This document shows, in pieces, positions 28,827-37,536 of a stretch of 64,000 bases of DNA. Within the stretch, counting starts at the first letter, position 1; every line of letters starts with the position of its first letter. The stretch comes from a virus (Duplodnaviria; Caudoviricetes). The notes under the pieces were generated by a model. It worked only from the letters and a program-made list of their open reading frames with translations. It had not been told where the DNA came from and did no database searches. The DNA is taken from the IMG/VR virus record IMGVR_UViG_3300031088_000782, positions 128,001 to 192,000 of that record; one strand, written 5' to 3'. The position numbers and the translations under genes are program-made.

Positions 28827-29021
28827 CGCAATATTTTATCAAATATTTCAGAAAATTATTTGATAAAATATTACAATAAGAGACAAAAGTTCCTTTCACC
28901 ATTAGGAACTTTTGGTTCAGATACGAAAAATCTGAATTAATGGAATGGTGATCAATATGGACTAACCACCATATTTAAAATCTTTGCTAATGACTTTGGT
29001 TAAGATATTAGCAAAGAACAT

Positions 29022-29094
29022 GCGCCTATAGCTCAGTTGGTAGAGCGCCTTCTTTACGCGGAGGATGTCAAAGGTTCGATTCCTTTTGGGCGCA
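29022..29094 (+). tRNA. tRNA-Val(TAC)
   Basis: Loop TTTACGC. Confidence 0.9.
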
Positions 29095-29176
29095 CAACTT
29101 GAAAGTGAGTTCGATACTCACCGTATGGATAATAACCCACCATACGAATAAGGATATTGAGTAGAGTTTACTTGTG
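29093..29176 (+). ncRNA. Circularly permuted tRNA-like module D
   Basis: T arm GTGAG-TTCGATA-CTCAC, then CGTATGG-[11 nt]-CCATACG 7-bp hairpin, weak D arm, CACAA/TTGTG closure. Confidence 0.6.
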
Positions 29177-29246
29177 GTAACGGTTCGATTCCGTTGTAAT
29201 AGTCTGGGTGGCTTTATCATAAATGGTATGAACATGAGTAATTTTG

Positions 29247-29319
29247 TTTGCTGTAACTCAGTTGGCAGAGTGCCCGGTTGAAAATCGGGAAGTCAATGGT
29301 TCGATTCCATTCAGCAACG
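29247..29319 (+). tRNA. tRNA-Phe(GAA), variant (1:72 mismatch, G73)
   Basis: CCCGG-TTGAAAA-TCGGG. Confidence 0.75.
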
Positions 29320-29484
29320 CTTTTGCGACAAAATTACACAAACTGAAAATTTGGTAATCGTTCTGGCTTGCTTTCACGCAGGTTCAGAACTTGGCAAAAC
29401 GGGCTGTGACCGCCTAGAATGATTTATGTATGGGATTATTCATTAATCATTAAAAAGTTCGCTTATGAATCCCCATAGGCGTTT

Positions 29485-29555
29485 GCAAGTGTAGTTTATT
29501 GGTAAAACACCTGCGCTCCAGCAGGAAAAGTAAGTTCGATTCTTACCGCTTTGCT
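29485..29555 (+). pseudogene. Degenerate tRNA-Gly-like gene
   Basis: 6-nt loop GCTCCA; extra T in the acceptor 3' strand. Confidence 0.55.
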
Positions 29556-29757
29556 CTTATAGTCTGAAACACACTATAATCCACAAGTGTTTAAAAATTT
29601 GAAGAAAGTTCGCCACTTGAAGCGAAATGAGCTATCCGTCATAAAGGTAGCAACCAGCAAACGGTTTTCAAATTATTCAAAGTTTGTAGTAACAGCTTGG
29701 ATAAACTGTTGCGGAATCTTTTGTAGCATTAGATTTACTAAACAAATGCTACTGTAA

Positions 29758-29830
29758 GTGGTAGTGGCCTAATTGGTAAGGCATCTCGTTGCCAACGAGA
29801 GGATTGCGGGTTCAAGTCCCGTCTGCCGCA
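29758..29830 (+). tRNA. tRNA-Gly(GCC)
   Basis: TCTCG-TTGCCAA-CGAGA; A73 instead of the usual U73. Confidence 0.85.
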
Positions 29831-29879
29831 CAAAACAGTGAAGTAGAGACATCTATGTTTCTGTTTTAGAATAAATTGA

Positions 29880-30038
29880 AGAATAGTGATCCATGTTGGT
29901 AGAGATAGGGCACTAATGACCTAAGTTTTGTATAAGATGTTATTCAAAATATGGCGTGAATGTCCTAAAAGATGTAAAATAAAATGAAAAGATTATGGAT
30001 GCAGTCTTATACACGCAGGTTCGATTCCTGTTATTCTT
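29880..30038 (+). ncRNA. tRNA-like RNA with about 100 nt replacing the anticodon arm
   Basis: AGAATAG/TTATTCT acceptor, D-like ATC..TTGGTAGAGAT, T arm GCAGG/CCTGT; internal TATAAGAT/GTCTTATA stem. Confidence 0.5.
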
Positions 30039-30048
30039 TAATTATTTT

Positions 30049-30133
30049 GGAAGTGTGGCTGAGCGGCTTAAGGCACTCGCTTGGAAAGCGAGCATAGGTA
30101 ACACTATCGCAGGTTCAAATCCTGTCACTTCCG
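30049..30133 (+). tRNA. tRNA-Ser(GGA)
   Basis: Loop TTGGAAA; long variable arm. Confidence 0.92.
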
Positions 30134-30183
30134 CGTTTATGAATATTTAAAATAATATTATTGAATATTTTCATAAATAATAT

Positions 30184-30257
30184 GGGGATGTTGCATAATG
30201 GTAGTGCCTCTGCCTTCCAAGCAGACGGTGCGGGTTCGATTCCCGTCATCCCCTCCA
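30184..30257 (+). tRNA. tRNA-Gly(TCC), with encoded CCA
   Basis: Loop CTTCCAA; ends TCCA. Confidence 0.93.
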
Positions 30258-30406
30258 GGGACGCGTGAACATTAAATTAAGTCCAAGTTGCGATGGATAC
30301 TGGTTTAGTGCTGTTACACTAATATTTTAGACCGCTAATCTAAAATTCGAAATTCAGGACAGAAATGTTGCTGATACTTGGGATTCGATACCCAAGCGTT
30401 CCACCA
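30258..30406 (+). ncRNA. 149-nt tRNA-Ala/tmRNA-like RNA with encoded CCA
   Basis: GGGACGC/GCGTTCC-ACCA with G3-U70; T arm CTTGGG-ATTCGAT-ACCCAAG; multibranch insert. Confidence 0.7.
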
Positions 30407-30468
30407 ATTTAAAACAATGAAATAATATTGTTAAAATTCTTGTTCATACATTTTACAAGAACAAATAT

Positions 30469-30541
30469 GGGGGTTTAGCTCATCCGGTAGAGCATCTGCT
30501 TTGCAAGCAGAAGGTGAGGGGTTCAAGTCCCCTAACCTCCA
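30469..30541 (+). tRNA. tRNA-Ala(TGC)
   Basis: G3-U70; loop TTTGCAA. Confidence 0.92.
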
Positions 30542-30542
30542 C

Positions 30543-30617
30543 AGCTGTGTAGAGAAGTTCGGTTATCTCGTCAGGTTCATATCCTGAAGATCGTGGGTTC
30601 AAATCCCACTCTAACCA
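30543..30617 (+). tRNA. tRNA-Met(CAT), acceptor-decayed duplicate of 19042
   Basis: Body matches 19042; acceptor AGCTGTG/TCTAACC has several mismatches. Confidence 0.6.
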
Positions 30618-30800
30618 CGATTGTCAAAAAATATTGAAAAATAATTTGACAATAATTATTAATTATGCTAAGATTAACTTGTTAAATCAAATTGAGGACT
30701 TATCAAGAAGATAACGAGATTATAGATTTGACAAGCGTTAAAAAATAGTTTATAATTAATAATATAAAGCGGTTTGGAAACTTAATAGTGGAAAATATAT

Positions 30801-30874
30801 AGGAGTGTAGCTCAGTTGGTTAGAGCGTTTCGCTGATAACGAAAAGGTCATGAGTTCAAGTCTCATCATTCCTA
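30801..30874 (+). tRNA. tRNA-Ile(GAT)
   Basis: Loop CTGATAA. Confidence 0.92.
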
Positions 30875-30928
30875 CGCAAAGCGGTTGTAAGTGACGCGGG
30901 TGCAATGTGTGCGGCGGAACTTTCGTAT

Positions 30929-31010
30929 GGCTCCTTGGCGAAATTGGTAGACGCGCCAGATTTAGGTTCTGGTATCTTAGGATGTGCGGGTTCAAATCCC
31001 GTGGGGGCTA
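30929..31010 (+). tRNA. tRNA-Leu(TAG)
   Basis: Loop TTTAGGT. Confidence 0.9.
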
Positions 31011-31204
31011 CGAAAAATGTTTGTTAAATAAATAAAGCTGGTTTTCTTGTTTTTAAATCAGTGAAAGATTTAACAAAGAAACCTTAGCGGGTGAATTTTT
31101 CCAAGAGGAAACAAGTGAGGAAAAGCATTTTTTATTATATATTAAATAATAACTAAGTTTAATATATGTTAAATTTTCAGTAATTTTTAAAATTATTGAA
31201 AAAT

Positions 31205-31277
31205 GGCTCTGTAGCTCAGTTGGAAGAGCATTCGATTGAAGATCGAAGGGTCGACGGATCGAAACCGTCCGGAGCCA
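31205..31277 (+). tRNA. tRNA-Phe(GAA)
   Basis: Loop TTGAAGA; T loop ATCGAAA. Confidence 0.9.
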
Positions 31278-31430
31278 CGGTGTGAGCAGATTGCAGTCTG
31301 ACTTAACACAAGAAAAAGAACATATCTCTTTCTCACACTAGAGGTTCTTTTTCGCTATCTTTCCTATCGACACTGCAATGTTGGTATAGTTATTTTATTG
31401 AATAAACTTGGGGAAAGGGTTTATTCTTAT

Positions 31431-31504
31431 GCCCCATTGGAGTAGCGGTTTATCTCGTCTCCCTCTCACGGAGAAGAACACCAGTTCGAATCTGGTATGG
31501 GGTG
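31431..31504 (+). tRNA. tRNA-Glu(CTC)
   Basis: Loop CTCTCAC. Confidence 0.9.
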
Positions 31505-31745
31505 CTTTTGTTCAAAGCGTAGTGTAAAGCAAGGAAGGTCCAATCGGACTGGAATGGGAACAGAGTTCTTGGAAGCACACTCAGTTATGGTTGAGAAGGC
31601 TTGTGTTAGTTGGTTGCACGCGAGTAAGCTTTGAACAGATATTATTGAATAAAGGTTGAAGCCAGCTAATAAAGCGGTTCTTTATATAAGATAAAGAATG
31701 AACGGTCTCACTGACAGATACCTATGGAAAGTCTGTCATCCTTAT

Positions 31746-31818
31746 GCCACCTTAGCTCATCAGGTAGAGCAGCGATTTTGTAAGTCGCAGGTGATCGGTT
31801 CGAGTCCGATAGGTGGCT
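31746..31818 (+). tRNA. tRNA-Thr(TGT)
   Basis: Loop TTTGTAA. Confidence 0.92.
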
Positions 31819-31892
31819 CAAATTAGTTTAAAAAATATTTGAATAATGATTTGACAATCAAAATAAAAGTATGTTAGACTAATAATGTCAAA

Positions 31893-31939
31893 GAGAGATT
31901 GAGGACTTGTTCAGAGAAACAACGAGATAAGGATTTGAC
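31893..31939 (+). repeat. About 45-bp inter-promoter repeat (copy at 35445-35490, degenerate copy at 30691-30731)
   Basis: GAGAGATTGAGGACTTGTT(C)AGAGAAACAACGAGATAA.GATTTGACA lies between tandem sigma70-type promoters. Confidence 0.75.
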
Positions 31940-32077
31940 AGAAAATAAAAAATATGTTAAACTTAAACAAGAAACACAGCAACAAAGTTTGATAAATGAA
32001 TAAAGAAAAAGTTAAACAATAAATTTGACAAGTTTGAAAAACTTTGATAAACTTATTGAGTAACAAAAACAAAATAT

Positions 32078-32161
32078 GGCTCTATGGTGGAATTGGTTTA
32101 CACAGCGCACTTAAAATGCGTCGCCCCTTGCGGCTTACGGGTTCGAGTCCCGTTGGAGCTA
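32078..32161 (+). tRNA. tRNA-Leu(TAA)
   Basis: Loop CTTAAAA. Confidence 0.92.
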
Positions 32162-32305
32162 CGATTTGACAAAACAATTTAACAATGATATGATAAAATT
32201 GTTGAAAGTTAGTCAAATTAACAAAAATAAATAATTGGCACTCGCTTAACCGTCCCGATAGTAAGAGCAAAGGTTGTAAATATTGCCGCCAATTATTTAA
32301 TATAT

Positions 32306-32378
32306 GCCCCTGTAGCTCAGTGGATAGAGCAATCGGTTTCTACCCGATTGGCCGGGAGTTCGAATCTCTCCAGGGGTG
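32306..32378 (+). tRNA. tRNA-Arg(TCT)
   Basis: Loop TTTCTAC. Confidence 0.92.
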
Positions 32379-32551
32379 CTTAGATGTAAATGCCGATTAG
32401 GTTAGTAACCTCCTGTGTGAGCACGACTTGGTAACGCCAAGATATTTACATCATTAAATTTTTGATAAGTTGAAAAACTTTGATAAAAAATTTGACAAAC
32501 GATATAAAAATTTGGTAAAATAAGTTTGTTAAAGAAAAAATAAAAGAATAT

Positions 32552-32625
32552 GGGGCTGTAGTCAAGTGGGTTAAGACATCTCACTCATAATGAGAGGATC
32601 GGGGGTTCAAGTCCCTCCAGCCCTA
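32552..32625 (+). tRNA. tRNA-Ile2(CAT), probable lysidine substrate
   Basis: CAT anticodon on an Ile-like body (GGGGCTG, paired 1:72, A73), directly upstream of tilS. Confidence 0.8.
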
Positions 32626-32639
32626 CCCATTAAATATTA

Positions 32640-32682
32640 AGCGGCAATCAGAATAATAAACGTTCTGATTGCCGCTTTTTTT
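32640..32682 (+). terminator. Intrinsic terminator
   Basis: AAGCGGCAATCAGAA/TTCTGATTGCCGCTTTTTTT. Confidence 0.85.
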
Positions 32683-32797
32683 GCTTCCTTTTTTACAATT
32701 GACAAATTTCTTCAAAAATGATAAAATATTAACAGATTAAGTAAGTATAAGAATAAATATAAGAAATTTTTGCAAAGGTTCGAAAAGGGGTTTTAAC

Positions 32798-33766
32798 GTG
32801 AGAAAAGATCATTACACTATGGTTGCTCGTAATTCAGTTAAAAACGCGCTACAAGACATTTCTGCGTCCTCTCACGTAGGTTTTGGTTGTTCTGGCGGCG
32901 CTGATAGTCTTGCTTTGATGTTTTCTCTTGCTACTCTTTACAAAAAGGACCGCGCTAAGCTGGTTCATGTGATTATTGTCGATCATCAACTTCAAGATAT
33001 TACTGCAGAAATTTCTCAAAAAACTGCTGATCTTGCAGAGTCTTTGGGATTCAATGCTCATATTATTCCTATTGAAATTGTTTCTACGAAAGAGGGCATG
33101 GAGAGCGATGCTCGTAAGGCTCGTTATGAAGCTTTTGAAAATGCTATTGGTGAATATAATCTTGAATCTTTTTTGATTGGTCATACTAAGACTGATCAGG
33201 CTGAGCAGGTTTTTCTTGGTATGCTTCGAGGTTCTGGGACAAAGAGCCTTTCTGGGATTCCTCAAAAGCGTGGAATTTTTGTTCGTCCTTTCTTAAATTC
33301 TCTTTCTCGTGAGGATACTCAAAAAGTTTGTGAAGAGAATAATTATGATTATTGGTGCGATCCTCATAATGACTCTACCGAATACCGTCGTGTTATTGTT
33401 CGCAAAATGATTAAAGATGTTCAAAAAGAAACTGGTCAAAGTATTGTAGATCCTCTTGTCAGAACTTCTCAAATGAATGCTGAAGATACAGAGGCTCTTG
33501 ATTTCTATGCTGATATGGCTTTTGATAATTTTGTCAAATCAAATTGGGACGTTAATGTTCTTGCTGATTCTCCTGCAGCTATTAGAAAACGAGCTTATCG
33601 TAAGATGATTATTGGGATTGGATCTGATAGTGATTCTGTTGATTTTGAATTGACTAATCGTGTGGATGATTTTGTTGTCAAGTGGAGGGGGCAAAAGGCT
33701 GTTTTCTTCTCTAATGGCGTTCGCGTTAAGAGGGACGATGGATGCTTAATTTTCTCTGTTGAATAA
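32798..33766 (+). CDS. tilS: tRNA(Ile)-lysidine synthase
   Basis: PP-loop GCSGGADS, DH, ARKARY, GHTKTDQAE, RPFL, DPHN. Confidence 0.93.
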   Translation: MRKDHYTMVARNSVKNALQDISASSHVGFGCSGGADSLALMFSLATLYKKDRAKLVHVIIVDHQLQDITAEISQKTADLAESLGFNAHIIPIEIVSTKEGMESDARKARYEAFENAIGEYNLESFLIGHTKTDQAEQVFLGMLRGSGTKSLSGIPQKRGIFVRPFLNSLSREDTQKVCEENNYDYWCDPHNDSTEYRRVIVRKMIKDVQKETGQSIVDPLVRTSQMNAEDTEALDFYADMAFDNFVKSNWDVNVLADSPAAIRKRAYRKMIIGIGSDSDSVDFELTNRVDDFVVKWRGQKAVFFSNGVRVKRDDGCLIFSVE

Positions 33767-33842
33767 TTGTTAAAATCATAATCCTCCGCGCTCAATTTGG
33801 TAAAATAATTGTAGTAAGTTATTAAATAAAAGAGCAGGAATT

Positions 33843-34704
33843 ATGGATATTGATTTTACAAAATATGGTTATATTTACCGAATGACTAATTTAGTAAATG
33901 GTAAAACCTATATTGGTCAACATAAAATCAAATCAAATGAAAAATTCCTCGATTATATGGGCAGTGGAAGAATCATTCGCCAAGCTATTCATAAATACGG
34001 TAAAGAAAATTTTTCAAAAGAAATTCTTGAATATGCTATAAACAAAGAAGAGTTAGACATCTTAGAGAAGAGTTATATTCATAAAGAAATTTTGAATAGT
34101 AAATCAGAATACAATATTGAATATAGTAGCTCTTCTTTACAATTTAAATTCAAAGAATTGTTAATAAACGATAATGATTTATTAAACTGGTATTTTGATA
34201 AAAATATGAGCTATAAAGACATTGCTTTAAAACTTGGTTGTTCTGAACCTTCTATTTATAGATATATGAACAAATTTCGTAAATCTGATGAAAGATTTAA
34301 AAATATTAAGCACGGAGATAACAGAGGAAAAAAGTGGATTTACTCCAGAAGAAAGAGAAAAAGCCATTAAGTCTGCTAAGGTAAAAGTTAAGTGCGAAAA
34401 TTGCGGACATCCAATTAGTAAATTTAATTATCCAAAGCATTATAATGTATGTATTGACGAAAACTTTACTTATGTTGATGGAATTAAGAAAAAGAAGTGT
34501 CCTGTAGATAACTGTGATACCTTAATCTACACTAAAAATAAAACTTGTAAAGAACATAGAACAGCAGGATCAAATTTGAATAATATAAAAACTCCTGAAA
34601 GTTTACGAAAAGCTGGACTTTCTTCAACGCATAAGAAATGGCACGTTAATAGAGATATAATTAATCCTAACTGTCCTTTATGCAATCCTGTTGACAAACC
34701 TTAA
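33843..34704 (+). pseudogene. Second GIY-YIG endonuclease, split by a +1 frameshift at the A6 run 34328-34333
   Basis: Paralog of 26348 across both ORFs (GDNRGK.. then KCENCG..KWHVNR); removing one A restores the frame. Confidence 0.8.
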
Positions 34705-34963
34705 TCAACTTTTTCAACAATCTTTCAACAACCTTTCAGAAACACAGAAATAGCCCGTATAGGCGATAGCTTGCTTAATTCGCACAGACTTACACAAATA
34801 TGTAAAACCCGCTTAAACAACCGTTTTTCAATGTTTCAACAAACGATTCATTAATCTATTTCAATACCCTCGAACGATGACAAAATTAATGAATATTGTT
34901 GAATAACATTGGTAAACTGCTATAGCAAGAAACTTTATCCATTAAGTATAGGAGAGGTAACAA

Positions 34964-35173
34964 ATGAGCGAAAATGCTGAAAATCTTAAAAAAGATATGG
35001 AAGACAATAAAGAGTTATTGAATTTAAGCGATAAAGAGAAAAAAGTATATGATGCTGCTTTCATTGCTATAGCGAATAAGCCAGTTCATAATTCTCCACC
35101 AATCATTCAGATAGCGCTTATGATTATTATTGCTATTGCTTTAATTATTGGAGTTGTTCAAATTGCAGGTTGA
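34964..35173 (+). CDS. Small membrane protein
   Basis: GGAGAGG RBS; C-terminal TM helix. Confidence 0.7.
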   Translation: MSENAENLKKDMEDNKELLNLSDKEKKVYDAAFIAIANKPVHNSPPIIQIALMIIIAIALIIGVVQIAG

Positions 35174-35384
35174 TGAAATTAATGAAGATGATGATTTTTT
35201 AATTTCAAAAGGTTTTATTATAACTATGTTAGCATTTATGTTTATTTTTATTGCTGTTATGATCCTTGCAGGAGTTATGGCAGTTAATAAGATATCTCCT
35301 AATAATCTTCTTGCTCATTTAATGCTTGTTGAAGATTTAGATTCTTGTAAACCAATTCTTAATGGTTTTTTGTTAAAATGCTAA
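35148..35384 (+). CDS. Small membrane protein (start uncertain)
   Basis: Hydrophobic GFIITMLAFMFIFIAVMILAGVMAV. Confidence 0.5.
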   Translation: MELFKLQVDEINEDDDFLISKGFIITMLAFMFIFIAVMILAGVMAVNKISPNNLLAHLMLVEDLDSCKPILNGFLLKC

Positions 35385-35617
35385 AAATATTTTGAAATGG
35401 ATTTGACTTTTTGAAATTAATTGTGTTAAGATAATATTGTCAAAGAGAGATTGAGGACTTGTTAGAGAAACAACGAGATAAAGATTTGACAAATAGTTTC
35501 AAAATGTGTTAGAATATTTTTTGTAAGACAGAAAAATTTTGATAAGTTAATAATGAAGCAAAGTTGATATTGTTAAAGTTATTTGATACAATATTAAAGT
35601 GATAAAAATTCACGTAT

Positions 35618-35691
35618 CGCGGGGTGGAGTAGTTAGGTAACTCGTATGGCTCATAACCATAAGATCGTAGGTTCAAATCCTACCCCCGCCA
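35618..35691 (+). tRNA. tRNA-fMet(CAT)
   Basis: CGCGGGG start, C1:C72 mismatch; loop CTCATAA. Confidence 0.9.
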
Positions 35692-35721
35692 CTAAATCTG
35701 ATTGAAAAATTGGATTTTATT

Positions 35722-35805
35722 GCCCTTGTGGTGGAATTGGTTTACACAGCGCACTTAAAATGCGTAACTCATAGCAGTTTGCGGGTTCGAGTCCCGCCAG
35801 GGGCA
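35722..35805 (+). tRNA. tRNA-Leu(TAA)
   Basis: Loop CTTAAAA. Confidence 0.92.
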
Positions 35806-35806
35806 C

Positions 35807-36382
35807 ATGATTAATTGGAATATGAGAACATATACAAAAGAAGATTTTATAAAAGCATGGAATTCTTCTGAATCAATAAGACAAGTATTGATTAAATTAG
35901 GGTTAAAGCCTATTGGTGGAAATTACCATACTGTAAAGAAAATGGCAAAAGAGCTAAATTTAAAAAATGATCATATGCTGGGGCAAGCTATAAATCGCGG
36001 AAAATCAATAGTTAATAGTAAATCTATTTATGATTACTTGACAAAAGACAGCCATATTTCTTCTTATCATTTAAAGAACAAACTCTTTAAAGCAGAAATT
36101 TTTAAAAAAGAATGTTCTATATGCTATAATAGTATGTGGATGGGCAAACCAATTCCACTTGAATTAGATCATAAGAACGGGGATCATTATGATAATCGTA
36201 TAGAAAATTTAAGAATTTTATGCGCTAATTGTCATGCTCAGACAAAAAATTATAGAGGTAAAAATAAAAAGATTCACAGGAATTTTAAAAACAATGCCAA
36301 CAAATGTTTAGTTTGCTCAAAAGAAATTTCAAGAAACGCCAAAAAATGCAGGAAATGCGAATCAAATTCAAGAAAAACATGA
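35807..36382 (+). CDS. HNH homing endonuclease
   Basis: PLELDHKNGDHYDNRIENLRILCANCH; ATG lies 2 nt after the tRNA-Leu discriminator. Confidence 0.9.
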   Translation: MINWNMRTYTKEDFIKAWNSSESIRQVLIKLGLKPIGGNYHTVKKMAKELNLKNDHMLGQAINRGKSIVNSKSIYDYLTKDSHISSYHLKNKLFKAEIFKKECSICYNSMWMGKPIPLELDHKNGDHYDNRIENLRILCANCHAQTKNYRGKNKKIHRNFKNNANKCLVCSKEISRNAKKCRKCESNSRKT

Positions 36383-36504
36383 ATAATTAATTTTAATCAA
36401 TGGGATATGGTATTTTTGCTGTATCCTATTTTTTTACTTCATTTAGAAAAATATTAAATATTATGACTTGATTGACATTAACTATGGCAAAAGGATTTTT
36501 AACA

Positions 36505-37473
36505 ATGAGCAAATTTCATATTTCAAAAGATGGGATAGCAAGACAGTGCCGTGCGCAAACACCTGATGCTTGCCGCGCCACAAAATCAGACCAAAAAGAA
36601 CACTATGAAACAAGAGAAGAAGCAGAAAAAGCTTACGAGAAAAAGAATACAACAGTAAAAAGTTTAAGTAAGAAAAATAAGAATGATTTTGTTACTAAAA
36701 AAGTTTCTTTAAAAGAACAACTTGCGAAAAGTGAAGAAAAAGTTAGGGAAAGTTTTTCTGAACATCAGCATCACAATGATCAACAATTAGATAAAATAGC
36801 TAAACGAAATCAAACAACAACAGTAGATCTTATCAATAATTATAATGATTCTACTGATAATTATAATAAGTTTCTCAATAATAGATACGAAAATTATAAA
36901 AATGATAGTAAAATTCCATTAGAAAAATTGTCAAATGAAGTAAAAGCCGGAGAAGACTTTATTTATCATAGCAGGAAAATAGCCAGCACATCTGACGAAA
37001 GAATGGAATCATATCTAAAAAATATTAGATTATACAAAAATAGTTTGAATTTGGAAAACAAGGCTTTGAGAAAAGAAATTGAAAAAGTTGAGAAATCTGG
37101 AAGAATTCGTAGTGCTTTTGATAATGATTTCAAAACTGAAAAAGAGAATAAATTAAATGAGCTTAATAATAGATTAAAAGATAACAGAAGTTCTATTGTA
37201 AAAGCAATAAATTCAGAAGAGTCAGTTGCTGCAGGATTACAAGCAAAAAGGATTAAAATTTTAGAATCCAAAGGTTATAAGCCTGTTACTGCATATAGTG
37301 GAATGAATATGTCTTTTCATCCACAAGGTCCAGAGTTTAGATATACTTGCCCAAATTGTGGAATTGAACATACTAATAGATTGAGAAGACTTCAGTATGT
37401 TCAAGAAGTTGGATATACAGATGCTTGTAGATCATGCCGTAAAAGAATGATTTTACCTGTTACACCTGAATAA
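36505..37473 (+). CDS. Hypothetical coiled-coil protein with N-terminal H-C-C-H leader and C-terminal Zn ribbon
   Basis: MSKFHISKDGIARQCRAQTPDAC...HYETREEA; CPNC...CRSC. Confidence 0.8.
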   Translation: MSKFHISKDGIARQCRAQTPDACRATKSDQKEHYETREEAEKAYEKKNTTVKSLSKKNKNDFVTKKVSLKEQLAKSEEKVRESFSEHQHHNDQQLDKIAKRNQTTTVDLINNYNDSTDNYNKFLNNRYENYKNDSKIPLEKLSNEVKAGEDFIYHSRKIASTSDERMESYLKNIRLYKNSLNLENKALRKEIEKVEKSGRIRSAFDNDFKTEKENKLNELNNRLKDNRSSIVKAINSEESVAAGLQAKRIKILESKGYKPVTAYSGMNMSFHPQGPEFRYTCPNCGIEHTNRLRRLQYVQEVGYTDACRSCRKRMILPVTPE

Positions 37474-37536
37474 TCTAATCTACTTTCACTATGGTGTTTA
37501 GCCCCATTTTACAATAATAATGATACTGACTCTCTA

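Noticed and set aside
30258-30406. HDV-like theta ribozyme at the tRNA-Gly 3' end
   Set aside because: The 5' G-rich strand pairs with the extreme 3' end as a tRNA acceptor; no nested double pseudoknot is visible
34710-34850. TTTCAACA short direct repeats as replication iterons
   Set aside because: Only 3-4 imperfect copies in AT-rich DNA and no adjacent Rep gene; insufficient support
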